A stretch of 37,069 bases of DNA, from contig JBQTJP010000230.1 in the NCBI GenBank assembly GCA_052386995.1, forward strand, positions 1-37,069, written 5' to 3'. Below the pieces are notes generated by a model. It was given only the letters and a program-made list of their open reading frames with translations, was not told where the DNA came from and searched no databases. This DNA is from Armatimonadota bacterium. GTDB lineage: Bacteria > Sysuimicrobiota > Sysuimicrobiia > Sysuimicrobiales > Humicultoraceae. A program made the position numbers and the translations under genes. Shown here piece after piece: positions 10,659 through 19,845 of the stretch; within the stretch, counting starts at the first letter, position 1; each line of letters begins with the position of its first letter.

Positions 10659-13033
10659 CGCGCGGCCCCCTTTCTTCCCTGCATGGCCTTCCAGACCCGC
10701 TGTGGCGTGAGCGGCATGTCAACGTGCGTGATACCCAGCGGCGCGAGCGCATCAATGACCGCGTTGGCCACCGCCGCCGTCGACGCTATCGTTCCGGTCT
10801 CGCCGGCCCCCTTGACGCCCAGTGGGTTGGTCGGCGACGGCGTGACCGTGCGATCGGTCTCAAACCGCGGGAAGAAGTCTGCTTTGGGCACCGCGTAATC
10901 CATCATCGTCGCGGTGAGCAGCTGGCCGTTCTCGTCGTAGGCCGCGCCTTCCCAGAGGGCCTGTGCGACGCCCTGTGCAATACCGCCGTGCACTTGCCCA
11001 TCGACGATGAGCGGGTTGATAACACGCCCCATGTCGTCAACCGCCACATAGCGCAGAATCGTCGTCTGCCCGGTATCGGGGTCCGTTTCCACAATGCACG
11101 CATGGGTGCCGAACGGGAACGTGCAGTTGGGTGGATCGTAGTAACTCGTCTCATCAAAGAAGGGCTCCATGCCCTTGGGCAGGTCATAGCCCACGGAAGC
11201 GGCCAGGGCCAGCTCCTGAATCGTTTTCGCCTTCTCGGGGGCGCCCCTGACGTAGGCCCGCCCTCCCTCGAACACGATGTCGGATTCTGACGCCTCCAAC
11301 ATATGCGCCGCCAGCCGCTTGGCTTTGGCAATGATCTTCTGCGCGCTCATGTGCACGGCCACCGCCCCAACCGCGGCGCTGCGGCTCCCATACGTCCCGT
11401 ACCCGAACGGTGTGCCCAGCGTGTCGCTGTGCTGCACGAGCACATCCTCGATGGAGACGCCAAGTTCGTCCGCGACGAGTTGGGCCATCGTCGTCTCGTG
11501 GCCCTGGCCGTGTGACTGCGAACCGCTAGTCACCACCACCTTGCCGGTGAGGTGCACGCGTACGTTCGCGCTCTCCCACAGGCCCGCTCCCCACCCCTCG
11601 CCGGAGAGGCCGATCCAGGCGGAGGGAGCCACTCCGCAGACCTCGACATAGCTCGATAGTCCGATTCCAAGAAGGCGACCCTGCTTTCGTGCTTCCTCCT
11701 GTTGCCGCCGGAAGCCGCGATAATCGACAAGCTCCAGGGCGCGATCGAGGGTTTTCTCGTAGTCCCCACTGTCATACCTGAGCCCGGCCAGAATGCCTAC
11801 GGGGTCGTACGGGAAGGCATCGTTGGGGATGAAGTTCTTCCGTCGCACTTCCGCCGGGTCCATCTTCAACTCTCGGGCCACCAGGTCTATGGCGCGCTCG
11901 ACGACATAGGTTGCCTCGGGGCGGCCGGCACCGCGATAGGCATCGACCATCGCGGTATTGGTGTAGACACCGAGCACCTGACAGTAGATATTCGGGATCT
12001 TGTAGGCTCCGGACAGCATCCGCCCGTACAAGGTGGTGGGAATACCTGGCGCGATCGTCGAGAGAATGCCGCCGAGGTTGGCGTAGGTCTTCGCTTTCAA
12101 TGCGACGACCGTGCCATCACGCTTGGCACCGACCTCAAAGTCCGTCACGTGATCACGGCCGTGGGTGGTGGCGACATAGTTCTCCTTTCGGGTCTCCATC
12201 CACTTGATCGGCCGGCCGAGCTTGCGAGCCAGGGCGGCCACCAGACAGTACTCTGGGTACAGGTAGATCTTCGACCCGAACGCGCCGCCGACGTAAGGTG
12301 AAACCACACGCATCTTCGTCTCGGGGATTCCAAAGACAAACGCGGTCATCAGCAGGCGGTGAACGTGCGGGGCCTGGGAGGTCAGCCAGATCGTGAACTC
12401 CTGGGTCGCTGCATCGTACTGTGCGACGGCCCCGCGGGGCTCGATGGGGTTGGGAATGAGCCGCTGGTTGATCACGCGCTGCCGGATAACGACCTCGGCC
12501 TGCTGCAGCGCGCGGTCTGTAGCCTCCGGGTCGCCGCATGACCAGTCCATGCAGATGTTGTTGGGCGCATTCTCGTGCAGCTGCGGGGCGCCTGGCTGCA
12601 CGGCCTTCTCCGGATCGACGACGATGGGTAGGGTTTCATAGTCAACATCGATCAACGCGAGCGCGTCCTCGGCCTTGTAGCGGTCCTCGGCGACAACCAC
12701 CGCGATCCCCGCACCGGTAAAGGTGACCCGGTCGATCTCGAGCGCGCGCGGGGTGTTGGCGTTGTTCTTCACGCCGCCGGCCTGCCAAGCGCACGGCAGA
12801 GGGTTGAGATCGGCAAAGTCCTTCCCGGTGAAGACGCCGATTACGCCGGGCAGCTTCTTCGCCCGGCTCGCGTCAATACTCTTGATCTTCGCATGAGCGT
12901 GGGGGCTGCGCAGGATGGCCGCGTGGACCATGCCGGGCAGGCGAATGTCCTCCAGATACTTTGCCGCGCCCGAGATCAGGCTGGGGTCCTCGCGTCGCTT
13001 GATACTGGCTCCAAAGAGTCTGGTGACCGCCAC
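10655..13033 (-). CDS. coxL: Molybdo-hydroxylase large subunit, CoxL form II-like (substrate not necessarily CO)
   Basis: RREDP, GGAFGSK, AYRGAGRPEA active-site loop, HGQGHET, GTYGSRS, LGVKGAGE. Confidence 0.9.
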   Translation of the reverse strand: MAVTRLFGASIKRREDPSLISGAAKYLEDIRLPGMVHAAILRSPHAHAKIKSIDASRAKKLPGVIGVFTGKDFADLNPLPCAWQAGGVKNNANTPRALEIDRVTFTGAGIAVVVAEDRYKAEDALALIDVDYETLPIVVDPEKAVQPGAPQLHENAPNNICMDWSCGDPEATDRALQQAEVVIRQRVINQRLIPNPIEPRGAVAQYDAATQEFTIWLTSQAPHVHRLLMTAFVFGIPETKMRVVSPYVGGAFGSKIYLYPEYCLVAALARKLGRPIKWMETRKENYVATTHGRDHVTDFEVGAKRDGTVVALKAKTYANLGGILSTIAPGIPTTLYGRMLSGAYKIPNIYCQVLGVYTNTAMVDAYRGAGRPEATYVVERAIDLVARELKMDPAEVRRKNFIPNDAFPYDPVGILAGLRYDSGDYEKTLDRALELVDYRGFRRQQEEARKQGRLLGIGLSSYVEVCGVAPSAWIGLSGEGWGAGLWESANVRVHLTGKVVVTSGSQSHGQGHETTMAQLVADELGVSIEDVLVQHSDTLGTPFGYGTYGSRSAAVGAVAVHMSAQKIIAKAKRLAAHMLEASESDIVFEGGRAYVRGAPEKAKTIQELALAASVGYDLPKGMEPFFDETSYYDPPNCTFPFGTHACIVETDPDTGQTTILRYVAVDDMGRVINPLIVDGQVHGGIAQGVAQALWEGAAYDENGQLLTATMMDYAVPKADFFPRFETDRTVTPSPTNPLGVKGAGETGTIASTAAVANAVIDALAPLGITHVDMPLTPQRVWKAMQGRKGAAR

Positions 13034-13039
13034 GGCCGC

Positions 13040-13546
13040 TCACCTCCTCTCGGCCGCCGCCGACGCGGGCTGGCCGGCCGCCTGCTCGCTCATCTTCCGC
13101 GCCGCGGCCTGCACGGAGTTGACGATGTGCTGGTAACCCGTGCACCGGCAGAGGTTGCCCTCGAGTCCGTGCCGGATCTGCGCCTCGGTCGGGTTGGGAT
13201 GGCGCTCAAGAATCTGCAGCGCGGTAATCATCATCCCGGGGGTGCAAAAACCGCACTGGAGCCCGTGCTCGTCCCAGAAGGCCTGCTGGATGGGGTGGAG
13301 CTGGCCATCCTTGGCGAGTCCCTCGACGGTCTGGATGGTCCCGCCGTCCGCCTGCACGGCCAGGACCGTACACGACTTCACCGCCAGACCGTTCAGCGTG
13401 ACCGTGCACGCCCCACAGGACGTGGTGTCGCAGCCGATATGCGTGCCGGTGAGGCCGAGGACCTCGCGGATGTAGTGGACAAGAAGGAGCCTGGGCTCGA
13501 CGTCGTGGGTTGACTTGACGCCGTTGACGGTGATGGAGACCTTCAC
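13040..13546 (-). CDS. coxS: Molybdo-hydroxylase 2Fe-2S small subunit (CoxS-like)
   Basis: GCDTTSCGACT, QCGFCTPG, NLCRCTGY; GAGGAGGTGA SD. Confidence 0.93.
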   Translation of the reverse strand: MKVSITVNGVKSTHDVEPRLLLVHYIREVLGLTGTHIGCDTTSCGACTVTLNGLAVKSCTVLAVQADGGTIQTVEGLAKDGQLHPIQQAFWDEHGLQCGFCTPGMMITALQILERHPNPTEAQIRHGLEGNLCRCTGYQHIVNSVQAAARKMSEQAAGQPASAAAERR

Positions 13547-13562
13547 GCTCCGCTCACCTCCT

Positions 13563-14195
13563 CTATTGTGAATGTCTTTCTGGGGCCTGGCGCGCGCATT
13601 CGCCGCTGGCTCGGCGGTCTCCTGCGATGCGGCGCTGCGTGGTCATTCCTCGGAAGGCAACTCGGCCCATCTCTAGCAGCGCGGCGCCAGTCACCTGGCC
13701 AGGCACCTCTTGATTGGCGCATTCGCCATTGGCGCATTCGCCGCTGCCGCCGTAGCCGCTTCCGGAACTCGTTCTGGAACGAGTTGCTGATCGCTCCACT
13801 TGACAGCAGCGCCTACTGCCGGAGCGCTGGCCGCGTAGTCTGCAAGCTCCTCCCGCACTCTCCGGGGTCAGGTGCGGGGCCAGCCGGCGTACCGCGGAGA
13901 GCGTCACCCAGCCCGCGGTCAGGTGCTCGAGGAGCACCGGAAAGTGCCACACCGCCCGCGCCGTCTCGATGCGGTTGTAGGCCGCGTGCTCGGAGAGATG
14001 GAGCACGTCGGTACAGTACCTGAACAGCGAGGGGTGGCCTTCCGCGAGGTACAGGCGCCGCTCGTCGAGCTCCGCGAGATGCACAATAAGGGCGACGGTC
14101 GCCTCCCGCTCACGCTGCGCCAGATCTTTCACCTGCGCGAGAAGATCATGATCGGAAAGCCGCGCCACACGGGCGAGCACATCATTCGTGTCCAT
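13563..14195 (-). pseudogene. Truncated DUF222/HNH-associated protein remnant
   Basis: The N-terminal ~112 aa (LSDHDLL...LAELDERRLYLAEGHPSLFRYCTDVLHLSEHAAYNRIETAR...LAPHLTPE) resemble DUF222-type N-termini; the rest of the ORF looks non-protein-like and no HNH motif is present. Confidence 0.6.
13713..13742. repeat. 15-bp tandem duplication
   Basis: ATTGGCGCATTCGCC x2; related GCGCATTCGCCGCTG at both 13594-13608 and 13732-13746. Confidence 0.8.
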
Positions 14196-14523
14196 GCTTT
14201 CTTATACCATGCGGTTTTCGGAGGCCCGAGGAACGTTGTGGAGGAAGTGAATGGACTCAAAATATCTTCGTAGTCTCGCTGCTCATCGCCGTGCGGTTCT
14301 GCGGCGTGCAGCTGCGCGTGGGGAGCGTCTAGGAGTGTCTCCTGGGCAGCCTCAAGATGCGGCCTGTGGAGTTGTCAAGCCCCTTTGCGAAATTTCTTTC
14401 GATCTCGCGCAGCAGGCTGCCCCCCCCCAACTCGTGCCGTTTCTGACAGCGTTGCGCCTGCCCAGCAAGGATCTTCGCCGGTTTGGAGGGCGGGTGCTTA
14501 TAATTCTTCGTCCCGGGACTAGA

Positions 14524-14540
14524 CTGACCTGTGAGGTCAG
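14524..14540. promoter_or_regulatory. Palindrome in divergent intergenic region, candidate operator
   Basis: CTGACCT-gtg-AGGTCAG, about 20 nt downstream of a TATAAT (14499-14504) oriented toward the synthetase. Confidence 0.4.
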
Positions 14541-14653
14541 CCCCAACCCTACAGTAGCCCCACTATCGATCGATTCCCTCCGGATAATGCTAACTGTTCG
14601 CGGTCGAGCAACAGTGCCGGTGCGCTTGCGCCCATCGCGAATCCGTCGGACAA

Positions 14654-16654
14654 TTGTGCTACCAAGGACGTCCACACTCTGGGCGTCGGGAGACGCCGAC
14701 GGCGACCTCCGCTTCGAGCCGCATCGCCTTGCATCCGGACCCCGCGCAGGCGCGGGCCAGCCGCCTGCACCATTTCATCGAACAGCACGCCCTCGCCGAC
14801 TACGACGCGCTCTATCGCCGTTCGATCGAGGATCCGGCCTGGTTTTGGGGGGCCGTGGCCGCCGACCTGGGCCTGGAGTGGATCCGTCCCTACCGCCAGG
14901 TCCTCGACACGTCGCGGGGGATCGCGTGGGCGCGGTGGTTCACCGGCGGGCAGACCAACCTGGTGCTCAACTGTCTCGACCGGCACATTCGCGCGGGGCG
15001 CGGCGAGGATCTCGCCATCATCTGGGAGGGCGAAGACGGCGCGGTCCGCACCCTGACCTACGAGGAGCTCTCCGAAGAGGTCTGCCGGCTGGCCGGTGCC
15101 CTGCGGGGATTGGGATTCGGCCGCGGCGATGTCGCCGGCGTGTTCATGCCGATGATGCCCGAGACCGTCGTCGCGACCCTGGCGCTCTCAAAGATCGGCG
15201 CGATCTATGTCCCGGTCTTCTCGGGCTTTGGGGCATCGGCGGTGGCCACCCGGCTGGCCGACTGTGGGGCGCGCCTCCTCTTCACCGCCGACGGCTTCAC
15301 CCGTCGGGGGAACACGGTCGAGATGAAACGCGTCGCCGATGAAGCGGTGGCGCAGAGCCCCGGGGTCGAGCGCGTGATCGTCTGCCGCCGCATGGGACTG
15401 AAGATCCCGTGGACAACGGGCCGTGACCACTGGTGGGACGACGTCGTGCGCAACTATCCCACCAGCGCCCGGACCGAGCCGATGGATCCGGAAGACCCCT
15501 TCATGATCATCTACACGTCGGGGACCACCGGGCGACCGAAAGGCACGGTCCACGTACACGCAGGATTCCCGCTCAAAGGCACGATGGACATGGCCTACTG
15601 CTTCGATGTCCGCTCGGGCGAGCGGGTCTTCTGGTACACGGACCTCGGCTGGATGATGGGCCCCTGGCTCATCATCGGCACGCTCACGCTGGGAGCGACA
15701 ATGGTGCTCTACGACGGCACGCCCGACCATCCGACGCCAGAGCGGCTCTGGCAGATCATCGAGCGCCATCGCGCGACGGTGCTGGGCATCTCCCCGACGG
15801 CGATCCGGGGGCTGATGCGCCACGGCGACGAGCCGCCGCGACGGCACGACCTGAGCAGCCTCCGGATTCTCGGCAGCACCGGGGAGCCGTGGAACCCGGA
15901 GTCGTGGACATGGTACTTCGAGCAGATCGGTCGTGCACGGCTGCCGATCATGAACTACACGGGCGGCACCGAGATCTCCGGCGGCATCCTCGCGTGTGAT
16001 CTCCTGCATCCCCAAGTGCCCACGGCGTTTGCCGGTCCGATCCCGGGAATCGCGGCGGACGTCTATGACGAGCAGGGCCGCCCGGTGCGCGGGGAAGTCG
16101 GCGAGCTCGTGATCACGCAGCCATGGCCGGGCATGACGCGCGGCTTCTGGAAGGACCCGGACCGATATATCGAGACGTACTGGTCACGCTGGCCCGATGT
16201 CTGGGTCCACGGCGACTGGGTGCGCGCCGACGCCGACGGGTTCTGGTACGTGCTGGGGCGCAGCGACGACACGCTCAAAGTCGCGGGCAAGCGTGTTGGC
16301 CCGGCCGAGGTCGAGTCTGCGCTCACGACGCACCCCGCGGTCTCAGAGGCCGCGGCGATCGGGGTTCCACATGAGATCAAGGGCGAGGTGATCGTGTGCT
16401 TCGCCGTGCTGCGCCCAGGCTACGATCCGTCGGAGACGCTGAGCAGCGAGCTCAAGCAGGCGACCGCGTCGCTGCTGGGCAAGGCACTGGCGCCCGAAGA
16501 CATCAGGTTCGTGCGCGATCTCCCCAAGACACGCAACGCGAAGATTATGCGCCGGGTCATCCGGGCCCGATTCCTGGGACTAGACCCCGGCGACCTGTCC
16601 TCTCTGGAGAATCCGCAGGCGGCCGAAGAGATTCCCGTCAGAAGATCTCAGTGA
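14654..16654 (+). CDS. Acetate/acetoacetate--CoA ligase-like AMP-forming synthetase
   Basis: YTSGTTGRPKG, GSTGEPWN, NYTGGTEISGG, GRSDDTLKVAGKR, LPKTRNAKIMRR; true start uncertain. Confidence 0.9.
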   Translation: MCYQGRPHSGRRETPTATSASSRIALHPDPAQARASRLHHFIEQHALADYDALYRRSIEDPAWFWGAVAADLGLEWIRPYRQVLDTSRGIAWARWFTGGQTNLVLNCLDRHIRAGRGEDLAIIWEGEDGAVRTLTYEELSEEVCRLAGALRGLGFGRGDVAGVFMPMMPETVVATLALSKIGAIYVPVFSGFGASAVATRLADCGARLLFTADGFTRRGNTVEMKRVADEAVAQSPGVERVIVCRRMGLKIPWTTGRDHWWDDVVRNYPTSARTEPMDPEDPFMIIYTSGTTGRPKGTVHVHAGFPLKGTMDMAYCFDVRSGERVFWYTDLGWMMGPWLIIGTLTLGATMVLYDGTPDHPTPERLWQIIERHRATVLGISPTAIRGLMRHGDEPPRRHDLSSLRILGSTGEPWNPESWTWYFEQIGRARLPIMNYTGGTEISGGILACDLLHPQVPTAFAGPIPGIAADVYDEQGRPVRGEVGELVITQPWPGMTRGFWKDPDRYIETYWSRWPDVWVHGDWVRADADGFWYVLGRSDDTLKVAGKRVGPAEVESALTTHPAVSEAAAIGVPHEIKGEVIVCFAVLRPGYDPSETLSSELKQATASLLGKALAPEDIRFVRDLPKTRNAKIMRRVIRARFLGLDPGDLSSLENPQAAEEIPVRRSQ

Positions 16655-17091
16655 GGGGAATCTTCAGACCCGGGAGGACGTCCTCGCCCTCGAGGGTTTC
16701 TCGGTCCCGAAGGAGCCTGGCGGTCCCATCTGCACGATAGACAGTGACGCTTAACCACCAGGTCCGGCGCACCCGCAAGGAATCCTTCGGGAAGCCTGCC
16801 CTCCGGCAGCCGGTGAGCGGCCACAAAAGCCACGTCGGGGCCCCTGACGCGCTCGGGGTCTGCGGGGATACGGAGCACGAAACCCACGTCTCCTACCAAC
16901 ACCTCTCCCCCTCCGTGCTCCCGCTCGTGCGCCGCGAGCAGAAAGGAGATTCTGCCCGTGACCCGGCCGTGGATGCCACCCGGTGGAGCCATCTCGACGA
17001 TGCGCCCATTGACCAGCTCGGACCTGAGATCGCCCTCGCCGCGCGCCCAGAGATCCTCGGCCGTGATCCGGGCCTTCCTGTGCGGGTCCAC
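16638..17091 (-). pseudogene. Uma2 family endonuclease, internally deleted and frameshifted
   Basis: ELVNGRIVEMAPPGGIHG...VRGPDVAFV...GAPDLVV in one frame; SVTVYRADG...LEGEDVLPGLKIPLTEIF* in another frame; junction at about 16752. Confidence 0.85.
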
Positions 17092-17873
17092 TACGGCTGC
17101 ACCACGCCGGCGGCCTCAATGCGCTTCGCCGCGCGTCTCAGAGGCAGGAGCAGTTTCTCAAACATCTCGGCGGTGGCAAACTGCGCCGGCATGGCGGCGA
17201 CCAGACCGGCGACCAGCTGCCCATCGGAACGGCGGATCGGTGCCGCGATGGAACTGATACCGACCCTGGCTTCCTCCCGCGCGTAGGCGATCCCCTGCGC
17301 GCGCACCTCTTCGACTTCCTGCAGAAACTCTGTCACGGTGGTAATCGTCTGCGGGGTCAGGCGCGGCATTCCCGTCCGCGCCAGAAACTGGCGGACCTCG
17401 GCGTCCGGTCGCTCGGCCAGGAACAACTTGCCGATCGCCGTCGCATGCGCCGGGAGGCGATCGCCCGCCCTTGATGTGACCGTGAGCGTCTCCTCGGCTT
17501 CCCGGGCCACCATGATAATGACCTCGTCATCGACCAGCGCGCCCAGCGAAACGGTCTGTCGCACCTCTTCCGCAACATCGCTGACGACGCGTTCCACCAC
17601 GCGGTCATGAATCTGCCCGCGCAGATACGCCGCACCAAGTTCGAGCGCGCCGGCGCCGATCCGGTACTTGCGCGTTTCAGGATCGAATCGAAGCAAGCGC
17701 GAGGCGGCGAGGGTGACCATCAAGCGGTGCACGGTCGTTCTCTCCAGCCCCAGCTGAGCGGCGACCTCGCTGGGGCTCTGCGGTTCGCGTGCGCGTGCGA
17801 GCGCAAAGAGGATGTCAATGGCGCGGCCGACGGACTGAATCCGCCGCGTGGGGCTGCTTCGTGGTCTGCGCAT
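17091..17873 (-). CDS. IclR family transcriptional regulator
   Basis: IQSVGRAIDIL, LGLERTTVHRLMVTL HTH, LPAHATAIGKLFLA, SIAAPI; ATG 17873 with GGGAG SD. Confidence 0.93.
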   Translation of the reverse strand: MRRPRSSPTRRIQSVGRAIDILFALARAREPQSPSEVAAQLGLERTTVHRLMVTLAASRLLRFDPETRKYRIGAGALELGAAYLRGQIHDRVVERVVSDVAEEVRQTVSLGALVDDEVIIMVAREAEETLTVTSRAGDRLPAHATAIGKLFLAERPDAEVRQFLARTGMPRLTPQTITTVTEFLQEVEEVRAQGIAYAREEARVGISSIAAPIRRSDGQLVAGLVAAMPAQFATAEMFEKLLLPLRRAAKRIEAAGVVQP

Positions 17874-17901
17874 CGACTCCCGACCCCGTACCGTCCTGTC
17901 C

Positions 17902-17945
17902 TTGACACCACAGTTCTCGCATGTGTAGTATATACACAAATTGTG
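17902..17945 (+). promoter_or_regulatory. Sigma70 promoter with overlapping palindromes (candidate IclR operator)
   Basis: TTGACA 17902-17907, TAGTAT 17926-17931 (18-nt spacer); TGTGTA-gtata-TACACA 17922-17938; CACAA-A-TTGTG 17935-17945. Confidence 0.6.
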
Positions 17946-17979
17946 CACCATTTCCACAACCGCATAGGGGGCGAGCGCC

Positions 17980-19023
17980 GTGGATAAGATCACCCTGTTC
18001 ACCCCGTCGGTCACCCGCCGGGGGTTCCTGAAGGGCGGATTGACTATCGCCGGTCTGGCGGCCGCAGGCACGGCTCCGACAAGTCTGCTCCGCGCCGCGA
18101 GCGCCCAGTCCCAGGCGCAGATGGCCCTGCAACTGGGATGGTTCGCCAACGCGCAGATGGCGGGCGAGTTCGCGGCCATCGGCAAGGGCTACTTCAAGGA
18201 TGTCGGCATCGACGTAAAGATTGTCCCGGGCGGACCGTCGATCGATCCGGTGGGCGTCGTGGCCAGCGGCTCGGTGCCGATCGGCAACGTCGCCTCCATC
18301 GGCGTGCTCGTCGCCGGCCGCAGCCGGGGCGTGCCGCTCAAAGCGTTCGCCGCCGCGTTCCAGCGGCATCCGTTCGCGTTCTTCTATCTTCGCGGATCAG
18401 GCATCAAGACGCCCGCCGATTTCGCGGGCAAGACGATCGGCATCCAGGGCACCGCGCGCCCGCTGCTGGACGCGGTCCTCGCAAAGTACAACGTGCCGCG
18501 CGACAAGGTGAATGTCATCATCATCGGCGGCACGACCACGCCGCTGCTCACCGGGCAGGCCGACGTCGTGACGGGGTGGGTGATCAACTACGCGCAGAAC
18601 ATTCCGATCCAGGGCCGCGCCGATCACTTCCTCCTGTGGGACCTGGGCATCCGGATGTACGCCTACACGTACTTCACCACCGACCAGGTGTACAACACCC
18701 GGAAGGACGTCCTGGTCCGCTACATCGCCGCCGCGGCAAAGGGCTGGATCTATGCGAAGGAGCACCCCGAGGAAGCCGTCGATTTCGTCATGAAGGAGGC
18801 CCGCGGCCTCGATCGCGATATGGAAGTCCCGACCTGGAAGGTCAGCATTCCGTACATGTCGTCGATCGCGACAAAGCAGCACGGCTGGGGCTACATGGAT
18901 CCCCAGATCTGGACGGCGCTGTCGAAGATCTACAAGGATCTCGACCAGATGCCGCGGGAGGTCAGCCCGGACGAAGTCATGACCAACGAGATCGTCCTGG
19001 CCGCGAAGACGCCGAAACTTTAG
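17980..19023 (+). CDS. ABC transporter substrate-binding protein, NMT1/THI5 (SsuA/TauA-like), Tat-exported
   Basis: TRRGFLK twin-arginine signal; LQLGWFANAQMAGEFAAIGKGYF; IKTPADFAGKTIG. Confidence 0.88.
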   Translation: MDKITLFTPSVTRRGFLKGGLTIAGLAAAGTAPTSLLRAASAQSQAQMALQLGWFANAQMAGEFAAIGKGYFKDVGIDVKIVPGGPSIDPVGVVASGSVPIGNVASIGVLVAGRSRGVPLKAFAAAFQRHPFAFFYLRGSGIKTPADFAGKTIGIQGTARPLLDAVLAKYNVPRDKVNVIIIGGTTTPLLTGQADVVTGWVINYAQNIPIQGRADHFLLWDLGIRMYAYTYFTTDQVYNTRKDVLVRYIAAAAKGWIYAKEHPEEAVDFVMKEARGLDRDMEVPTWKVSIPYMSSIATKQHGWGYMDPQIWTALSKIYKDLDQMPREVSPDEVMTNEIVLAAKTPKL

Positions 19024-19044
19024 CGTCCGCGCCTGACCGCTGCC

Positions 19045-19842
19045 GTGCTTTCCGCGGTCGCCGCACGTGATGGGACCGTCGATATCGCCTGCCGTCGGGT
19101 CTCGATGGTGTTCCCCACAGCAGGCGGACCAGTACACGCCCTGGCGGATGTCACGCTTGACGTTCGCCGGGGCGAGTTCGTTTCGCTGATCGGTCCCTCC
19201 GGCTGCGGCAAGTCCACGCTGCTGCGCCTGATCACCGACGTCCTGCATCCGACCGCCGGCAGCATCGAGGTGCGCGGCGCCCCGCCGGCCCAGGCGCGCC
19301 TCGCGCGCGAGTTCGGGTTCGTCTTCCAGCAGCCGGGTTTGCTCTTGTGGCGCAACGCGCTAGCCAACGTGTCGCTTCCCCTCGAGGTCGGCGGCTGGGG
19401 GCGCCGTCACGCGCCGCCGCACCACCCCGACGCCCTGCTCGACCTGGTCGGCCTCAAGGGATTTGAGGCCGCGTACCCGCGGCAACTGTCCGGCGGGATG
19501 CAGCAGCGGGTCTCTATCGCTCGCGCTCTGGTCACCGGCCCGTCGATCCTCCTGATGGATGAGCCGTTCGGCGCCCTGGACGAGATCACACGCGATCACA
19601 TGAACCAGGAGCTGCTGCGCATCTGGGCGGCAACGGGGACGACGATCATCTTCGTGACACACAGCATCCCCGAGGCCGTGTACCTCTCAAACCGCGTCTT
19701 CGTGTTCTCGCCGCGCCCGGGCCGGATCGCGGAGGAAGTGCGCATCGACCTGCCATCGCCGCGCCAGCAGACGATGAAGGACTCGGCGGAGTTCGTGCGG
19801 CATACCTCGGCCGTCCGCCGGGCCCTGGCCCAGGGAGCCTGA
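19045..19842 (+). CDS. ABC transporter ATP-binding protein (TauB/SsuB-like)
   Basis: GPSGCGKST, YPRQLSGGMQQR, LLMDEPFGALD, FVTHSIPEA. Confidence 0.92.
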   Translation: MLSAVAARDGTVDIACRRVSMVFPTAGGPVHALADVTLDVRRGEFVSLIGPSGCGKSTLLRLITDVLHPTAGSIEVRGAPPAQARLAREFGFVFQQPGLLLWRNALANVSLPLEVGGWGRRHAPPHHPDALLDLVGLKGFEAAYPRQLSGGMQQRVSIARALVTGPSILLMDEPFGALDEITRDHMNQELLRIWAATGTTIIFVTHSIPEAVYLSNRVFVFSPRPGRIAEEVRIDLPSPRQQTMKDSAEFVRHTSAVRRALAQGA

Positions 19843-19845
19843 CCC

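Noticed and set aside
9114..10898. 594-aa plus-strand ORF and many similar long antisense or off-frame ORFs
   Set aside because: Expected stop-poor shadow frames in high-GC DNA opposite well-supported genes.
13594..13746. Short repeats as a possible CRISPR or mini-array
   Set aside because: Only 15-bp units, two of them directly tandem, with no regular spacers and no cas genes.
14251..15342. 363-aa ORF spanning the intergenic region into the synthetase
   Set aside because: No recognisable motifs, low-complexity Arg-rich composition, and overlaps the synthetase out of frame.
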